A stretch of 64,000 nucleotides of DNA from an uncultured Chitinophagales bacterium (GCA_964642875.1 CAZXRF010000006.1:2578-66577); one strand, 5' to 3'. Numbered from the stretch's first letter, positions 1-9,743 are shown. Numbers and translations are program-made. The notes: generated by a model from the sequence alone, not told the origin.

Positions 1-586
1 TTTTTCTACCAAAATGTTTGAAGCCTTAGCCAAATTTTCAACTACAAAAAATATTATCTCATTAGGGGGCAATCAAGCATACTATAAAATCCAATTTTCC
101 AATAATTTCAAAAATATTGAATGTCGGAAAGATGGAACATTTTTGGATAACACCTTAATTCCTGCCGGCACATGGCACACACAGTTTTCAAGCGAAGCTG
201 CCTATTGGGGCAATGCCTATACCGATGCTGGTTACGAAACGTATTGCAGTTATAAAACATTGAATGCAAACCATTGGCTATTTGAAAATTGCAAAATAAA
301 AAACGGGGTTGAATTTGGAAAACAGGGTATAGACGGAAGAGGTTTAAGCGGTGATGAAATGGATAAAGTAAATTCCAATTCCCCTAAAAATAGTATAGTA
401 CTAGCCAAAGGAACAAATCCTAATAATGGCGGCGGTGATTTGCTTATTATTGAAAATAAAAACAATGCCATTCTTTCTTTTGGGTCAATTGCTTGTGGCA
501 GTGGCCTAAATAAAGACATCGTATTTACACAAGTTGTAAAGAATTTTATGAATAAAAAATATAAGCCCGATAATGAAGTAAAATAA
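1..586 (+). CDS. C-terminal fragment of an N,N-dimethylformamidase-large-subunit-like (amidotransferase-fold) protein; 5' end lies off the window
   Basis: The frame stays open to the window edge (FSTK precedes Met14). The C-terminal 'GGGDLLIIENKNNAILSFGSIACGSGL' resembles the conserved end of DMFase-beta-like proteins, recalled from memory and not searched. Confidence 0.45.
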   Translation, partial: FSTKMFEALAKFSTTKNIISLGGNQAYYKIQFSNNFKNIECRKDGTFLDNTLIPAGTWHTQFSSEAAYWGNAYTDAGYETYCSYKTLNANHWLFENCKIKNGVEFGKQGIDGRGLSGDEMDKVNSNSPKNSIVLAKGTNPNNGGGDLLIIENKNNAILSFGSIACGSGLNKDIVFTQVVKNFMNKKYKPDNEVK

Positions 587-604
587 AATAGGCAAGATAA
601 AAAA

Positions 605-622
605 GCTGCCTAAAAAGGCAGC
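605..622. terminator. Hairpin terminator between convergent genes
   Basis: GCTGCCT/AGGCAGC 7-bp stem with an AAAA loop. The T-run is on the minus-strand side (revcomp of 590-604), so it mainly serves the 652-918 gene. Confidence 0.6.
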
Positions 623-651
623 CTGATTAAATAATTAAAAACCAATAATCT

Positions 652-918
652 CTAACGAGAGCAATATCCCTTTGGACAAGTATGATACATTTTCGCTAAT
701 TGGTAATTATACTTACGTTCGTTCTTATATTTCAAATTATTTTTAGAGGCCCAAGTACCACATCCAGAGCTAACGTTTCGACCACAAGAGGTCAACAAGA
801 AAGTACACCCGATGAGCACTAATGCTAAAAATTTAGAAGCAGTAGCGATTGCTTTTTTTGCTGTGTAGGAAATTCCTCTTTGTGAATTTGCGCTTACGAT
901 GGTTTGAATTGTTTTCAT
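652..918 (-). CDS. Small Cys-containing putative lipoprotein (89 aa)
   Basis: I prefer the ATG at 918 (MKTIQ...) over the ORF-track start at 999. It has a hydrophobic segment ending in a lipobox-like LLTSC and five Cys in total (..SGCGTW..HTCPKGYC). A terminator lies downstream. Confidence 0.5.
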   Translation of the reverse strand: MKTIQTIVSANSQRGISYTAKKAIATASKFLALVLIGCTFLLTSCGRNVSSGCGTWASKNNLKYKNERKYNYQLAKMYHTCPKGYCSR

Positions 919-1112
919 AGTTTTTGTTTTTGTTGTTTTTGATGATGTAAACCTACATCCAATATATTTTTCGAGATATAAATAATGAGTAAACGGCATT
1001 TAAAATGAATAAATGGCATTTTTTTGATACAATTATTACAGAATTTATCCTTTTAATAAAATCCTTAACAAATCATTTAAGCCTATTTCCAACAGAATAA
1101 AGACGAACGATG

Positions 1113-1120
1113 TACCTTTG
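1113..1120 (+). promoter_or_regulatory. Candidate Bacteroidota -7 box (TACCTTTG) for purH
   Basis: Exact match to TAnnTTTG, 20 nt upstream of the in-frame TTG at 1140. No -33 TTG at canonical spacing. Confidence 0.3.
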
Positions 1121-1139
1121 TACTCTAAATCTATTCCCA

Positions 1140-2675
1140 TTGAAAACAATAAAATCTGCGCTTATTTCCGTTTACTACAAAGACGGACTCGACGTGCTTA
1201 TACATTCTCTTGCAAAGCATAACGTAACTTTTTACTCCACTGGAGGTACACAAGCATTTATAGAAAACTTAGGTTATAAAGTAATTCCAGTAGAAGAACT
1301 CACCTCCTATCCCAGTATTTTAGGTGGGCGCGTAAAAACCTTGCACCCTAAAGTATTTGGCGGCATTTTAGCTCGCAGAGAAAATGAAGAAGATTTAGCA
1401 CAACTAAAACAATTCGAAATTCCAGAAATTGATTTAGTGGTAGTAGATTTATATCCGTTTGAAGAAACCGTAAAACAATACACTTCATTATTTGACGGAG
1501 AACTTACCTCTGAAATCATCGAAAAAATAGATATTGGCGGCATTTCACTTATTCGAGCGGCGGCTAAAAATTTTGCAGACACCGTAATTGTTGCTCAAAA
1601 AAATCAATATTCCGATTTAGCACAACATATAGAAGAAAATAAAGGTGCAACTACTTTAGCATTCCGACAAGAATACGCCACACAAGCATTTGCCGTTAGC
1701 TCGCATTACGATACCTTAATCCATCGCTATTTTTCTTCTAAAACCCCATACTCCACTTTCAAAGAAAGCCACTTATCTGGCGAAGCCTTACGCTACGGCG
1801 AAAATCCACATCAAAAGGGATATTTTTATGGCAACATAAATGAAGTGTTTGATATTTTAAACGGCAAGCAACTTTCTTACAATAACTTAGTAGATATTGA
1901 TGCGGCAGTGCATTTAATGAAAGAATTTAGTGAGCCTACATTTGCGATATTAAAACACACCAATGCCTGCGGTGTAGCCACAAGAAATGCTATTTTAGAA
2001 GCATGGAAGGCAGCATTAGCCGGCGATCCTATTTCAGCATTCGGTGGTGTATTAATTACCAATGCAGCGATAGATATTGAAACGGCAACTGAGATAGATA
2101 AATTATTTTTTGAAGTATTGATAGCACCAACATTTAATGAAGACGCATTACAAGTATTGATGAAAAAGAAAAACAGAATCTTGTTAAAGCAAAAACAATT
2201 TGCATTTCCTGAAAAGCAATTCAAATCCTTATTAAATGGAGTAATTGCACAAGATTTTGATTACAAAATAGAACAAAAAGAAGACTTAAAAACAGTAACA
2301 AAAATTGCCCCAAGCGAAACACAAATCGACGATTTGTTATTTGCTAATAAAATTGCAAAACATTTAAAATCGAACACGATAGTTTTAGCAAAAAACAAAC
2401 AATTATTAGGCATGGGATGCGGACAAACCTCTCGAGTAGATGCACTGCAACAGGCCATACAAAAAGCCACTTCTTTTGGATTTGATTTACAAGGTGCTGT
2501 AATGGCAAGTGACGCATTTTTTCCGTTTCCAGATTGCGTTGAAATTGCAGACAAAGCCGGCATAAAAGCGGTTACACATCCCGGAGGTAGCATTAAAGAC
2601 CAAGACTCCATTGATTATTGCGACAATCAGGAAATGGCAATGGTATTGACCGGTATTCGTCATTTCAAACATTAA
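1140..2675 (+). CDS. purH: Bifunctional AICAR transformylase / IMP cyclohydrolase
   Basis: Hallmarks are 'ALISVYYKDGL', 'KTLHPKVFGGIL', 'GMGCGQTSRVDA' and 'ASDAFFPF'. The ORF-track ATG at 1110 sits inside a -7 box. The TTG at 1140 gives the canonical N-terminus (M)KTIKSALISV. Confidence 0.95.
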   Translation: MKTIKSALISVYYKDGLDVLIHSLAKHNVTFYSTGGTQAFIENLGYKVIPVEELTSYPSILGGRVKTLHPKVFGGILARRENEEDLAQLKQFEIPEIDLVVVDLYPFEETVKQYTSLFDGELTSEIIEKIDIGGISLIRAAAKNFADTVIVAQKNQYSDLAQHIEENKGATTLAFRQEYATQAFAVSSHYDTLIHRYFSSKTPYSTFKESHLSGEALRYGENPHQKGYFYGNINEVFDILNGKQLSYNNLVDIDAAVHLMKEFSEPTFAILKHTNACGVATRNAILEAWKAALAGDPISAFGGVLITNAAIDIETATEIDKLFFEVLIAPTFNEDALQVLMKKKNRILLKQKQFAFPEKQFKSLLNGVIAQDFDYKIEQKEDLKTVTKIAPSETQIDDLLFANKIAKHLKSNTIVLAKNKQLLGMGCGQTSRVDALQQAIQKATSFGFDLQGAVMASDAFFPFPDCVEIADKAGIKAVTHPGGSIKDQDSIDYCDNQEMAMVLTGIRHFKH

Positions 2676-2754
2676 TTACACTTTAGGTAATTTTACTACA
2701 ATGTGAATAAAAATTAAATTTTCGTTGCTGCATTATATTCTCGTTTATATATCT

Positions 2755-2762
2755 TACTTTTG
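2755..2762 (+). promoter_or_regulatory. Candidate -7 box (TACTTTTG) for the mreB operon
   Basis: Exact TAnnTTTG, 34 nt upstream of the mreB ATG. The nearest TTG (2725-2727) is 27 nt upstream, which is non-canonical spacing. Confidence 0.35.
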
Positions 2763-2796
2763 TTCTTTGATTTTAGACTAGTTAAGAAGAGAAAAA

Positions 2797-3819
2797 ATGG
2801 GATTATTTAGCTTCCTGAATAAAGAAATTGCAATTGACCTTGGTACAGCAAATACACTGATTATTTACAAAGACCAAGTAGTTGTGGATGAACCGTCTAT
2901 CGTAGCTATAGACAAAAAAACAAGTCAGGTAATTGCCGTAGGAACGAAAGCAATGCTAATGCATGAAAAAACGCATGCCAATATAGAAACGATCAGACCA
3001 TTGAAAGATGGCGTAATTGCCGATTTTACAGCTGCCGAAGCTATGTTGAGAGGTTTTATAAACATGCTCACAGAAGGTAGCCGCTGGTTCAGACCATCGC
3101 TTACAATGGTAATCTGTATTCCATCTGGTGTAACGGAAGTAGAGAAACGTGCCGTTATCGAGAGCGCCGAGCATGCCAATGCCCGTGAGCGTTACCTCAT
3201 CCACGAGCCAATGGCAGGTGCTTTAGGTATAGGATTAGACGTAGAACTACCGGAAGGAAACATGATTATAGACATAGGCGGAGGAACTACTGATATTGCG
3301 GTTATCGCACTTTCTGGTATTGTTACTGACCAATCTATCCGTGTTGCTGGTGATGATTTCACCTTAGATATTGTTGAATATATAAAAAGACAACATAATA
3401 TTTTGATTGGTGAGCGTACCGCCGAACAAGTAAAAATACATGTTGGCTCAGCTCTTCAAGATTTAGAAAGTGCACCGGAAGATTTTGCTGTACACGGGCG
3501 AGATTTGCTTACAGGTATTCCTAAGCAAGTAACGGTGGCTTATACCGAAATTGCCGGATGTTTAGATAAATCAATTTCAAAAATTGAAGAAGCAATTATG
3601 AAGGCATTAGAGTCAACACCGCCGGAATTAGCTTCTGATATTTATAGAAAAGGAATATACCTTACAGGAGGCGGTGCTTTATTGCGCGGTTTAGACAAAC
3701 GAATTGCAATGAAAACAAAACTTCCCGTACGTGTAGCCGATGATCCACTTCGTGCAGTTGTGCGCGGTACAGGAATCGCCCTGAAAAACAGACATCGCTA
3801 TACTTTCTTGATGAGCTAA
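2797..3819 (+). CDS. mreB: Rod shape-determining actin-like protein MreB
   Basis: 340 aa with 'AIDLGTANT', 'DIGGGTTD' and 'GIYLTGGGALLRGL'. Confidence 0.97.
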   Translation: MGLFSFLNKEIAIDLGTANTLIIYKDQVVVDEPSIVAIDKKTSQVIAVGTKAMLMHEKTHANIETIRPLKDGVIADFTAAEAMLRGFINMLTEGSRWFRPSLTMVICIPSGVTEVEKRAVIESAEHANARERYLIHEPMAGALGIGLDVELPEGNMIIDIGGGTTDIAVIALSGIVTDQSIRVAGDDFTLDIVEYIKRQHNILIGERTAEQVKIHVGSALQDLESAPEDFAVHGRDLLTGIPKQVTVAYTEIAGCLDKSISKIEEAIMKALESTPPELASDIYRKGIYLTGGGALLRGLDKRIAMKTKLPVRVADDPLRAVVRGTGIALKNRHRYTFLMS

Positions 3820-3826
3820 CAGCATT

Positions 3827-4651
3827 ATGCGCAGCATATATTACTTAATTACTCGTTTTTATGTATTCATATTATTTGTGCTATTAGAAGCATTTGCGCT
3901 TTCATTCATCTTTAAATCAAACAAATATCAAGAAGTACTATTTTTAAACACTTCCGGCTCTATTATTGGTACAATCTCAGACTATATTCATAGTGCATAT
4001 ACTTTCATACATTCCAGCGCCAACAACAAACTTCTATTAGAAGAAAATGCATCACTAAAGCAACAAATCATCTACCAAAATCAATATCCGCAAGACTCTT
4101 CATTGCCTAAAAAATCTAGTAATTATACATTTGATTATATTCCTGCAAAAATTGTGAATAATACTCTTAATAAAAGTATCAATTACATCACTATCGACAA
4201 AGGCAGTATCGATGGTGTTCAAAAAGGGTATGGAGTGATAAGCAGTAATGGTGTTGTAGGTATTATAACTAATGTTTCCGAACACTTTTCTTTACTAATG
4301 TCGGTTGTAAGCGTAAAAACACAAATAGGTATAAAACACAAGAATACTAATGCTATTGGAAATTTACTTTGGAATGGGGAAGACCCATTTACGCTACAAG
4401 TAGGTGGAATGAGTAAAACATTACCTATAAAAAGGAACGACACCTTAGTTACCGCAGGCTACTCGTCCATTTTCCCCCCCGATATATTAGTCGCAACCGT
4501 AAAACATCTAAAACCTGATCCTAGTACTAGTTTCTATGATATAGATGTAAAATTAACCGACAACATAAGTTCATTAAGTTATGTATATGTAGTAAAAAAT
4601 TACAAGAAAAAAGAATTAGATGCATTAGAGAGCCAAGTAAACAATGAATAG
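3827..4651 (+). CDS. mreC: Rod shape-determining protein MreC
   Basis: 274 aa with an N-terminal TM and a coiled 'LLEENASLKQQ' segment. It lies directly after mreB. Confidence 0.85.
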   Translation: MRSIYYLITRFYVFILFVLLEAFALSFIFKSNKYQEVLFLNTSGSIIGTISDYIHSAYTFIHSSANNKLLLEENASLKQQIIYQNQYPQDSSLPKKSSNYTFDYIPAKIVNNTLNKSINYITIDKGSIDGVQKGYGVISSNGVVGIITNVSEHFSLLMSVVSVKTQIGIKHKNTNAIGNLLWNGEDPFTLQVGGMSKTLPIKRNDTLVTAGYSSIFPPDILVATVKHLKPDPSTSFYDIDVKLTDNISSLSYVYVVKNYKKKELDALESQVNNE

Positions 4652-5159
4652 CAAATTTGTAATAAATAACGCCATCCGATTTGTATTGCTAATTGCAGTG
4701 CAGATAATGCTATTAAATGAATTGCCATTGGGACGGGCGTATATAATGATATACCCTTTGGCTATTTTATTACTCCCTGTATTTACCCCACGTATAGGCG
4801 TATTATTTTTGGCTTTTTTTACAGGGTTAATCATCGACATATTCAGCAATGGCGGTGGTTTACACACAGCTGCCCTTACCTTGGTAGGCTATACACGGAG
4901 TTATATCTTAGATACTTTTCAACCACGATCAGGGTGGGATAAACTTGATGTACCCAGCCTTTCAAAGCAAGGCTACTTGTGGTTTTTTTATTATACACTT
5001 ATTATGTTTTCTATTCATCATTTCGTGTATTTCTTTTTAGAAGTTTTTTCTTTTGCCAATTTTTTCTCTACTATATTTAGGATTATTTTCAGCCTTTCCG
5101 GTTCTTTATTATTGGTTTGGATGATTAGCTTTTTTTTCAAGAGAAACTCAAGAGAATAA
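4644..5159 (+). CDS. mreD: Rod shape-determining protein MreD
   Basis: 171-aa polytopic membrane protein overlapping mreC by 8 nt. The call rests on position and topology. Confidence 0.75.
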   Translation: MNSKFVINNAIRFVLLIAVQIMLLNELPLGRAYIMIYPLAILLLPVFTPRIGVLFLAFFTGLIIDIFSNGGGLHTAALTLVGYTRSYILDTFQPRSGWDKLDVPSLSKQGYLWFFYYTLIMFSIHHFVYFFLEVFSFANFFSTIFRIIFSLSGSLLLVWMISFFFKRNSRE

Positions 5160-5165
5160 TAGTAC

Positions 5166-7178
5166 ATGCAACGTGGTAATGAAAGTGGAATCCTAGAAAA
5201 AGCGATTTATATCGCTGCATTTATACTTATTGTAAAATTATTCTTTTTACAAGTACTCACTCCTGAATATAAAATGAAAGCGCATGATAACGTAGTAAAA
5301 AAAGTAAATGTATATCCATCTCGCGGTTTAATCTTAGATAGAAAAGGTAGGGTAATGGTATATAATGATGCCTCTTATGATATCTTGGTACAATGGAATA
5401 TCACCAAAAACATTGACACTCTAAAATTATGCGAAGTTCTAAACACTGAAATTTCATATGTAAGAAAAAAACTAGATGAAATAAAACGGACAACCCCTAA
5501 CAAACCTACCCCTTTCATCAAGCTATTAGATGCACAAACTTTTGCCCGTTTTCAAGAGCATTTATATGAATTCCCGTCATTTTCCTTTCAAACCAGAACC
5601 GTACGTCGATTTCCGGATAAAGACGGAGCCGCTGTATTTGGATATTTAAGTGAAGTAACCAAAGATAACATTGCCAATTCGGGTGGCTACTACGAATTAG
5701 GTGACTATATGGGTACTACCGGAATAGAACAATACTACGACAGCTTATTGCGAGGCGAGAAAGGATACAGTTTTCAGGTAGTGGATGTAAAAAATACATA
5801 TAAAGGAAAATACCGAGATGGCAAAGACGACAAAATGCCGATTGCCGGATGGGATATGGTTTCGGGCTTAGATGCCAAACTTCAAGCATTCGGAGAAAAG
5901 TTGATGCAAGGAAAAGTAGGAGGAATCGTTGCCATCGAACCTTCAACAGGAGAAATTCTAGCTTATGTAAGTAGTCCGGGCTACGACCCCAATTTACTAA
6001 CCGGTCGTTATCGCCGTCACAATTTCAATGTACTCTTCAATAATCCATACAAACCCTTATTAAATCGACCCATACAAGCAATGTATCCACCTGGCTCTAC
6101 CTTTAAAGCCGCTGCAGCATTGCTCACTCTACAAGAAAACATACATGGTGAAAAATGGGCATGGTTTTGCCCGGGAGGATACCGTGTAGGCAACCACGTA
6201 GTAAAATGCCACGGTGTGCATGCCATCCCCGATGTGCAATCTGCATTACAACACTCATGCAACTCCTATTTTTGTAAAGTTTATAATGATTTTATTATGG
6301 ATTCCACATTTGCAACACCGGCTATCGGCTTTCAAAAATGGTGGGATATGATGAGCGAATTCGGCTACGGAAAAAAATTAGGAATAGATTTATTTGGCGA
6401 AAAAAGAGGTAATTTGCCTACTGTAAAATACTATAATAAAGTATTTGGCGAGGGAAAATGGCGAGCTGCCACCATAATTTCAAATTCTATAGGGCAAGGT
6501 GAAGTATTGGCAACTCCATTACAAATAGCAAATGCCATGGCTATTATTGCAAATCGAGGATATTATTATACTCCAAAAATAGGCAGGGTTTTTATAAAAG
6601 GAAATCAAAAGCGATATCCTATAAAACAAAAATTCTCTACAAACATTGATTCTGTCTATTACCGATTTGTAGTAGATGGATTGGAAAAAGTAGTACAGCA
6701 AGGTACGGCACGAGGCGCAATGATTCCTGATATTTCTTTTTGCGGAAAAACAGGAACCGCACAAAATCCGCACGGTAAAGATCACTCAATATTTGCAGGA
6801 TTTGCACCAAAAGATCATCCTAAAATTGCAATCGCCGTATTTGTAGAAAATGCAGGATTTGGAGCTACTTATGCTGCACCCATTGCTTCTTTAATGGTAG
6901 AAATGTATCTACATGACAGCATTGCCCCAAAAAGAATACCTTTACAAGAACGCATGTTTAAAGCCCATATCATCAGTGATGACTTAGGTACAGGCATACC
7001 CAAAACACCTCAGCAACTTCGTCAAGATTCACTAGCAAAAGAAAAGGCAAAGGCAGACAGAGCAAAATACATCCAAGATTCAATTAAAGCAGTAAAAGAA
7101 AAAAAACCAAGCCCCGTAAAAAACAACAAACCCGAAAATGTAGGTATTAAAAAAGAAAATGAAGATTATCAAGAGTAA
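5166..7178 (+). CDS. mrdA: Penicillin-binding protein 2 (elongasome transpeptidase)
   Basis: 670 aa with S-T-F-K ('PGSTFKAAA'), S-x-N ('HSCNSYF') and K-T-G ('CGKTGTAQ'). It has a Lys/Glu-rich C-terminal tail. Confidence 0.95.
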   Translation: MQRGNESGILEKAIYIAAFILIVKLFFLQVLTPEYKMKAHDNVVKKVNVYPSRGLILDRKGRVMVYNDASYDILVQWNITKNIDTLKLCEVLNTEISYVRKKLDEIKRTTPNKPTPFIKLLDAQTFARFQEHLYEFPSFSFQTRTVRRFPDKDGAAVFGYLSEVTKDNIANSGGYYELGDYMGTTGIEQYYDSLLRGEKGYSFQVVDVKNTYKGKYRDGKDDKMPIAGWDMVSGLDAKLQAFGEKLMQGKVGGIVAIEPSTGEILAYVSSPGYDPNLLTGRYRRHNFNVLFNNPYKPLLNRPIQAMYPPGSTFKAAAALLTLQENIHGEKWAWFCPGGYRVGNHVVKCHGVHAIPDVQSALQHSCNSYFCKVYNDFIMDSTFATPAIGFQKWWDMMSEFGYGKKLGIDLFGEKRGNLPTVKYYNKVFGEGKWRAATIISNSIGQGEVLATPLQIANAMAIIANRGYYYTPKIGRVFIKGNQKRYPIKQKFSTNIDSVYYRFVVDGLEKVVQQGTARGAMIPDISFCGKTGTAQNPHGKDHSIFAGFAPKDHPKIAIAVFVENAGFGATYAAPIASLMVEMYLHDSIAPKRIPLQERMFKAHIISDDLGTGIPKTPQQLRQDSLAKEKAKADRAKYIQDSIKAVKEKKPSPVKNNKPENVGIKKENEDYQE

Positions 7179-7180
7179 AA

Positions 7181-8455
7181 ATGCAATCTAATAAACGCGC
7201 ATACGACCCAATTGACAGTACCGTTTTATACTGTTATCTGTTTTTAGTAATGGTAGGAATATTATCTATTTTTGCCACTGAATATAACGGTAATATCAGC
7301 GCTTCATTTTTTAGCTTTAAGCACAGCTACATCAAACAAGCTGTATGGGCATTAGCCAGCGGTTTTATGTTTTTTTCCATCTTAGGATTTGATCGCCGTA
7401 TATTACAACTCATCTCCTATCCTATGTATGGCTTTGTTTTATTTCTCTTATTAATGGTATTAGTTGTAGGACAAAAAACAAAAGGGCAACAAAACTGGAT
7501 AAATTTGGGTGCTTTTAAATTACAGCCCTCCGAATTTGCAAAATTTGGAACAGCAATGGCACTAGCAAAATATTTTGATACGCCTGGTATGCGCTTCGTC
7601 ACACGTAAAGAACACTTAACCGCTTATGCCATTCTTGGGCTACCCTTATTATTTGTTGCTGCACAAGGTGATGCGGGTTCATGTTTGGTATTTGCAGCAT
7701 TTATATTTGTATTAAACAGAGAAGGTTTATCAGATTTAGTCATCTATTTAGGGCTTTATATCATCTTAGTTTCCGTGCTTTCTTTATTAATTAAACAATA
7801 TATTATTATTGGAATTAGCTTTGTGTTCTTTTGTCTTTTAATTTATTGGAATTGGATGAATAAAATGCTGGTTAAAATATTAACTGTATTAATGATTGGC
7901 ACTTGTTTCTATACTTTCTCCGTAAGCTATATTTTCAATAATGTATTAGAAAAACACCAACGCGACCGCATCAATGTAATACTAGGAAAAGAATTAACCA
8001 AAGAAGCACAACGTGGCGTTGCTTACAATCTCAATCAATCTAAAATTGCTATCGGTTCGGGTGGAATTTTCGGCAAAGGCTATTTGCAAGGTACACAAAC
8101 ACGCTATAACTATGTACCCGAAACCAGCACCGACTTTATTTTCTCAGCATACGGAGAAGAATGGGGATTTTTAGGCTCATTGGTATTAATTGGAGTATAT
8201 GTAATTATGCTACAACGCTTACTCACGCTTGCCAACCGGCAACGTAGCCCTTATGGCAGAGTGTATATCTATTCGGTAGTAGCCATATTTTTCACACATT
8301 TAGTAATAAATATTGGGATGACTATCGGGCTTTTACCTGTAATTGGCATTCCATTACCGCTCATCAGCTATGGTGGTTCTTCGCTTCTTTCATTTACTTT
8401 TATGATTGCTACCGCTTTAAAATTAGATAGTGAGCGCAGAATGACCATGCGTTAA
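7181..8455 (+). CDS. rodA: SEDS-family peptidoglycan polymerase RodA
   Basis: 424 aa with 'PSEFAKF', 'TDFIFS' and 'PLPLISYGGSS'. It follows mrdA after a 2-nt gap. Confidence 0.95.
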   Translation: MQSNKRAYDPIDSTVLYCYLFLVMVGILSIFATEYNGNISASFFSFKHSYIKQAVWALASGFMFFSILGFDRRILQLISYPMYGFVLFLLLMVLVVGQKTKGQQNWINLGAFKLQPSEFAKFGTAMALAKYFDTPGMRFVTRKEHLTAYAILGLPLLFVAAQGDAGSCLVFAAFIFVLNREGLSDLVIYLGLYIILVSVLSLLIKQYIIIGISFVFFCLLIYWNWMNKMLVKILTVLMIGTCFYTFSVSYIFNNVLEKHQRDRINVILGKELTKEAQRGVAYNLNQSKIAIGSGGIFGKGYLQGTQTRYNYVPETSTDFIFSAYGEEWGFLGSLVLIGVYVIMLQRLLTLANRQRSPYGRVYIYSVVAIFFTHLVINIGMTIGLLPVIGIPLPLISYGGSSLLSFTFMIATALKLDSERRMTMR

Positions 8456-8469
8456 TGAACTTCTTTTAC

Positions 8470-8489
8470 TTTACATTTGTTTATGTAAA
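8470..8489 (+). promoter_or_regulatory. Perfect inverted repeat TTTACAT-N6-ATGTAAA overlapping a -7 box (TACATTTG, 8472-8479) just upstream of the Crp/Fnr gene
   Basis: Read directly from the sequence. It lies between the rodA stop (8455) and the ATG at 8497. Confidence 0.4.
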
Positions 8490-8496
8490 TTTGACT

Positions 8497-9126
8497 ATGG
8501 ATGTATTAGCAATTTTTAAAGAAATATTTGAACCTGGTTTAATAAAAGAACTAATGGCTAAATCTACACTTAAATCTGCTAATGCTGGAGATGTAATTTT
8601 AGAGGTTGGCGAAACCGTTCGTCAGATTCCTATTGTATTAAAAGGATCTATAAAAGTATCTCGCGTAGAGGAAGACGGCAAAGAATTATTACTCTACTAT
8701 GTAAATTCTAAAGAGAGTTGCGCTATGACATTTACTTGCTGTATGCAGCATTTTCCCAGTGAAATAAGAGCAGTAGCGGAAGATGAAGTGGAAATGCTGG
8801 CTGTACCTATAAACGTGATGGATCAATGGATAGTGAAATATCCCAGCTGGAAAAGTTTTGTAATGAAAACCATACAAAACAGATTTAATGAACTACTAAA
8901 AACCATCGATCAAATTGCTTTTCAAAAATTAGATGAGCGATTAATTAATTACCTGAAAGAAAAATCTAAAGCAACTAATTCTACACTTATCAATCTGTCG
9001 CACCAACAAATTGCTGAAGAATTAGCTACTTCTCGTGTAGTAATTTCCAGATTATTAAAAAAATTAGAAAATGAAAAAAAATTATTGCTTTATCGCAATC
9101 AAATAAAACTCCTCCGCGATTTGTAA
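8497..9126 (+). CDS. Crp/Fnr-family transcriptional regulator (cNMP-binding fold + C-terminal HTH)
   Basis: The HTH is 'SHQQIAEELATSRVVISRLLKKLE' and the beta-roll carries 'GDVILEVGE'. I prefer the ATG at 8497 (MDVLAIFKE) over 8455, which would bury the -7 box and inverted repeat. It contains the Cys triad 'ESCAMTFTCC'. Confidence 0.9.
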   Translation: MDVLAIFKEIFEPGLIKELMAKSTLKSANAGDVILEVGETVRQIPIVLKGSIKVSRVEEDGKELLLYYVNSKESCAMTFTCCMQHFPSEIRAVAEDEVEMLAVPINVMDQWIVKYPSWKSFVMKTIQNRFNELLKTIDQIAFQKLDERLINYLKEKSKATNSTLINLSHQQIAEELATSRVVISRLLKKLENEKKLLLYRNQIKLLRDL

Positions 9127-9136
9127 CATTTGTAAC
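9119..9136 (+). repeat. Perfect tandem direct repeat ATTTGTAAC x2 spanning the regulator's stop codon
   Basis: Read directly from the sequence. It is followed by the 8-bp palindrome GTTATAAC (9155-9162) and a near -7 box TAACTTTA (9159-9166), upstream of the ATG at 9186. Confidence 0.5.
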
Positions 9137-9185
9137 TGACAAGGTTGTTTTTCTGTTATAACTTTACCAAATAAAATTCAAAGTT

Positions 9186-9395
9186 ATGAAACAGAATATG
9201 GGATTATTGGACAGAATAATACGCATAATTGCAGCATTAATTATTGCTGTATTATATTTTACACACATTATTAGTGGCACATTAGCCATAATCTTATTGG
9301 TAATAGGCTTAGCTTTTGTAATCACTAGCAGTATCAGTTTCTGTCCTATCTATAAAGTATTAGGGGTATCAACAAAAAAAGAACAACAAAAATAA
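9186..9395 (+). CDS. DUF2892 / YgaP-like two-TM small membrane protein
   Basis: 69 aa. 'MGLLDRIIRIIAALIIAVLYF...SFCPIYKVLGVST' matches the remembered DUF2892 pattern (DR..R, two TM, conserved CP). Confidence 0.75.
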   Translation: MKQNMGLLDRIIRIIAALIIAVLYFTHIISGTLAIILLVIGLAFVITSSISFCPIYKVLGVSTKKEQQK

Positions 9396-9427
9396 AATAT
9401 TAAACTAATCAAAAAAACAAAAAAAAG

Positions 9428-9742
9428 ATGTTGGAACAAATGAAAAGTTTATTAGGCTTAGGGCCTAAAGTAGATTACAAACAACTAATGCAACAAGGTG
9501 CAACAATTGTAGATGTACGCACCAAAGCAGAATATCAAGGTGGACATATAAAAGGTTCTTTGAACATTCCGTTGAATAATCTGTCTAATCATTATTCAAA
9601 ATTAGATAAAAATAAACCAGTTATCACTTGTTGTGCTTCAGGAATGAGAAGTGCGCAAGCGAAAAGTATTTTACAGTCCAATGGATTTAAAGAAGTATAT
9701 AACGGCGGCGGCTGGTATGGGTTACAACAAAAAATAAAATAA
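9428..9742 (+). CDS. Single-domain rhodanese (sulfurtransferase)
   Basis: 104 aa with 'VDVRTKAEYQGGHIKGSLNIP' and the active-site loop 'CCASGMRS'. Confidence 0.9.
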   Translation: MLEQMKSLLGLGPKVDYKQLMQQGATIVDVRTKAEYQGGHIKGSLNIPLNNLSNHYSKLDKNKPVITCCASGMRSAQAKSILQSNGFKEVYNGGGWYGLQQKIK

Positions 9743-9743
9743 G

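Noticed and set aside
4474-4480. C7 homopolymer in mreC, and a T9 run at 56223-56231 in the 3' end of the lipoprotein gene, considered as possible phase-variation tracts.
   Set aside because: The C7 tract encodes Pro-Pro in an essential shape gene, where slippage would be lethal or strongly counter-selected. The T9 run affects only the last few codons. There are no other hallmarks of contingency loci.
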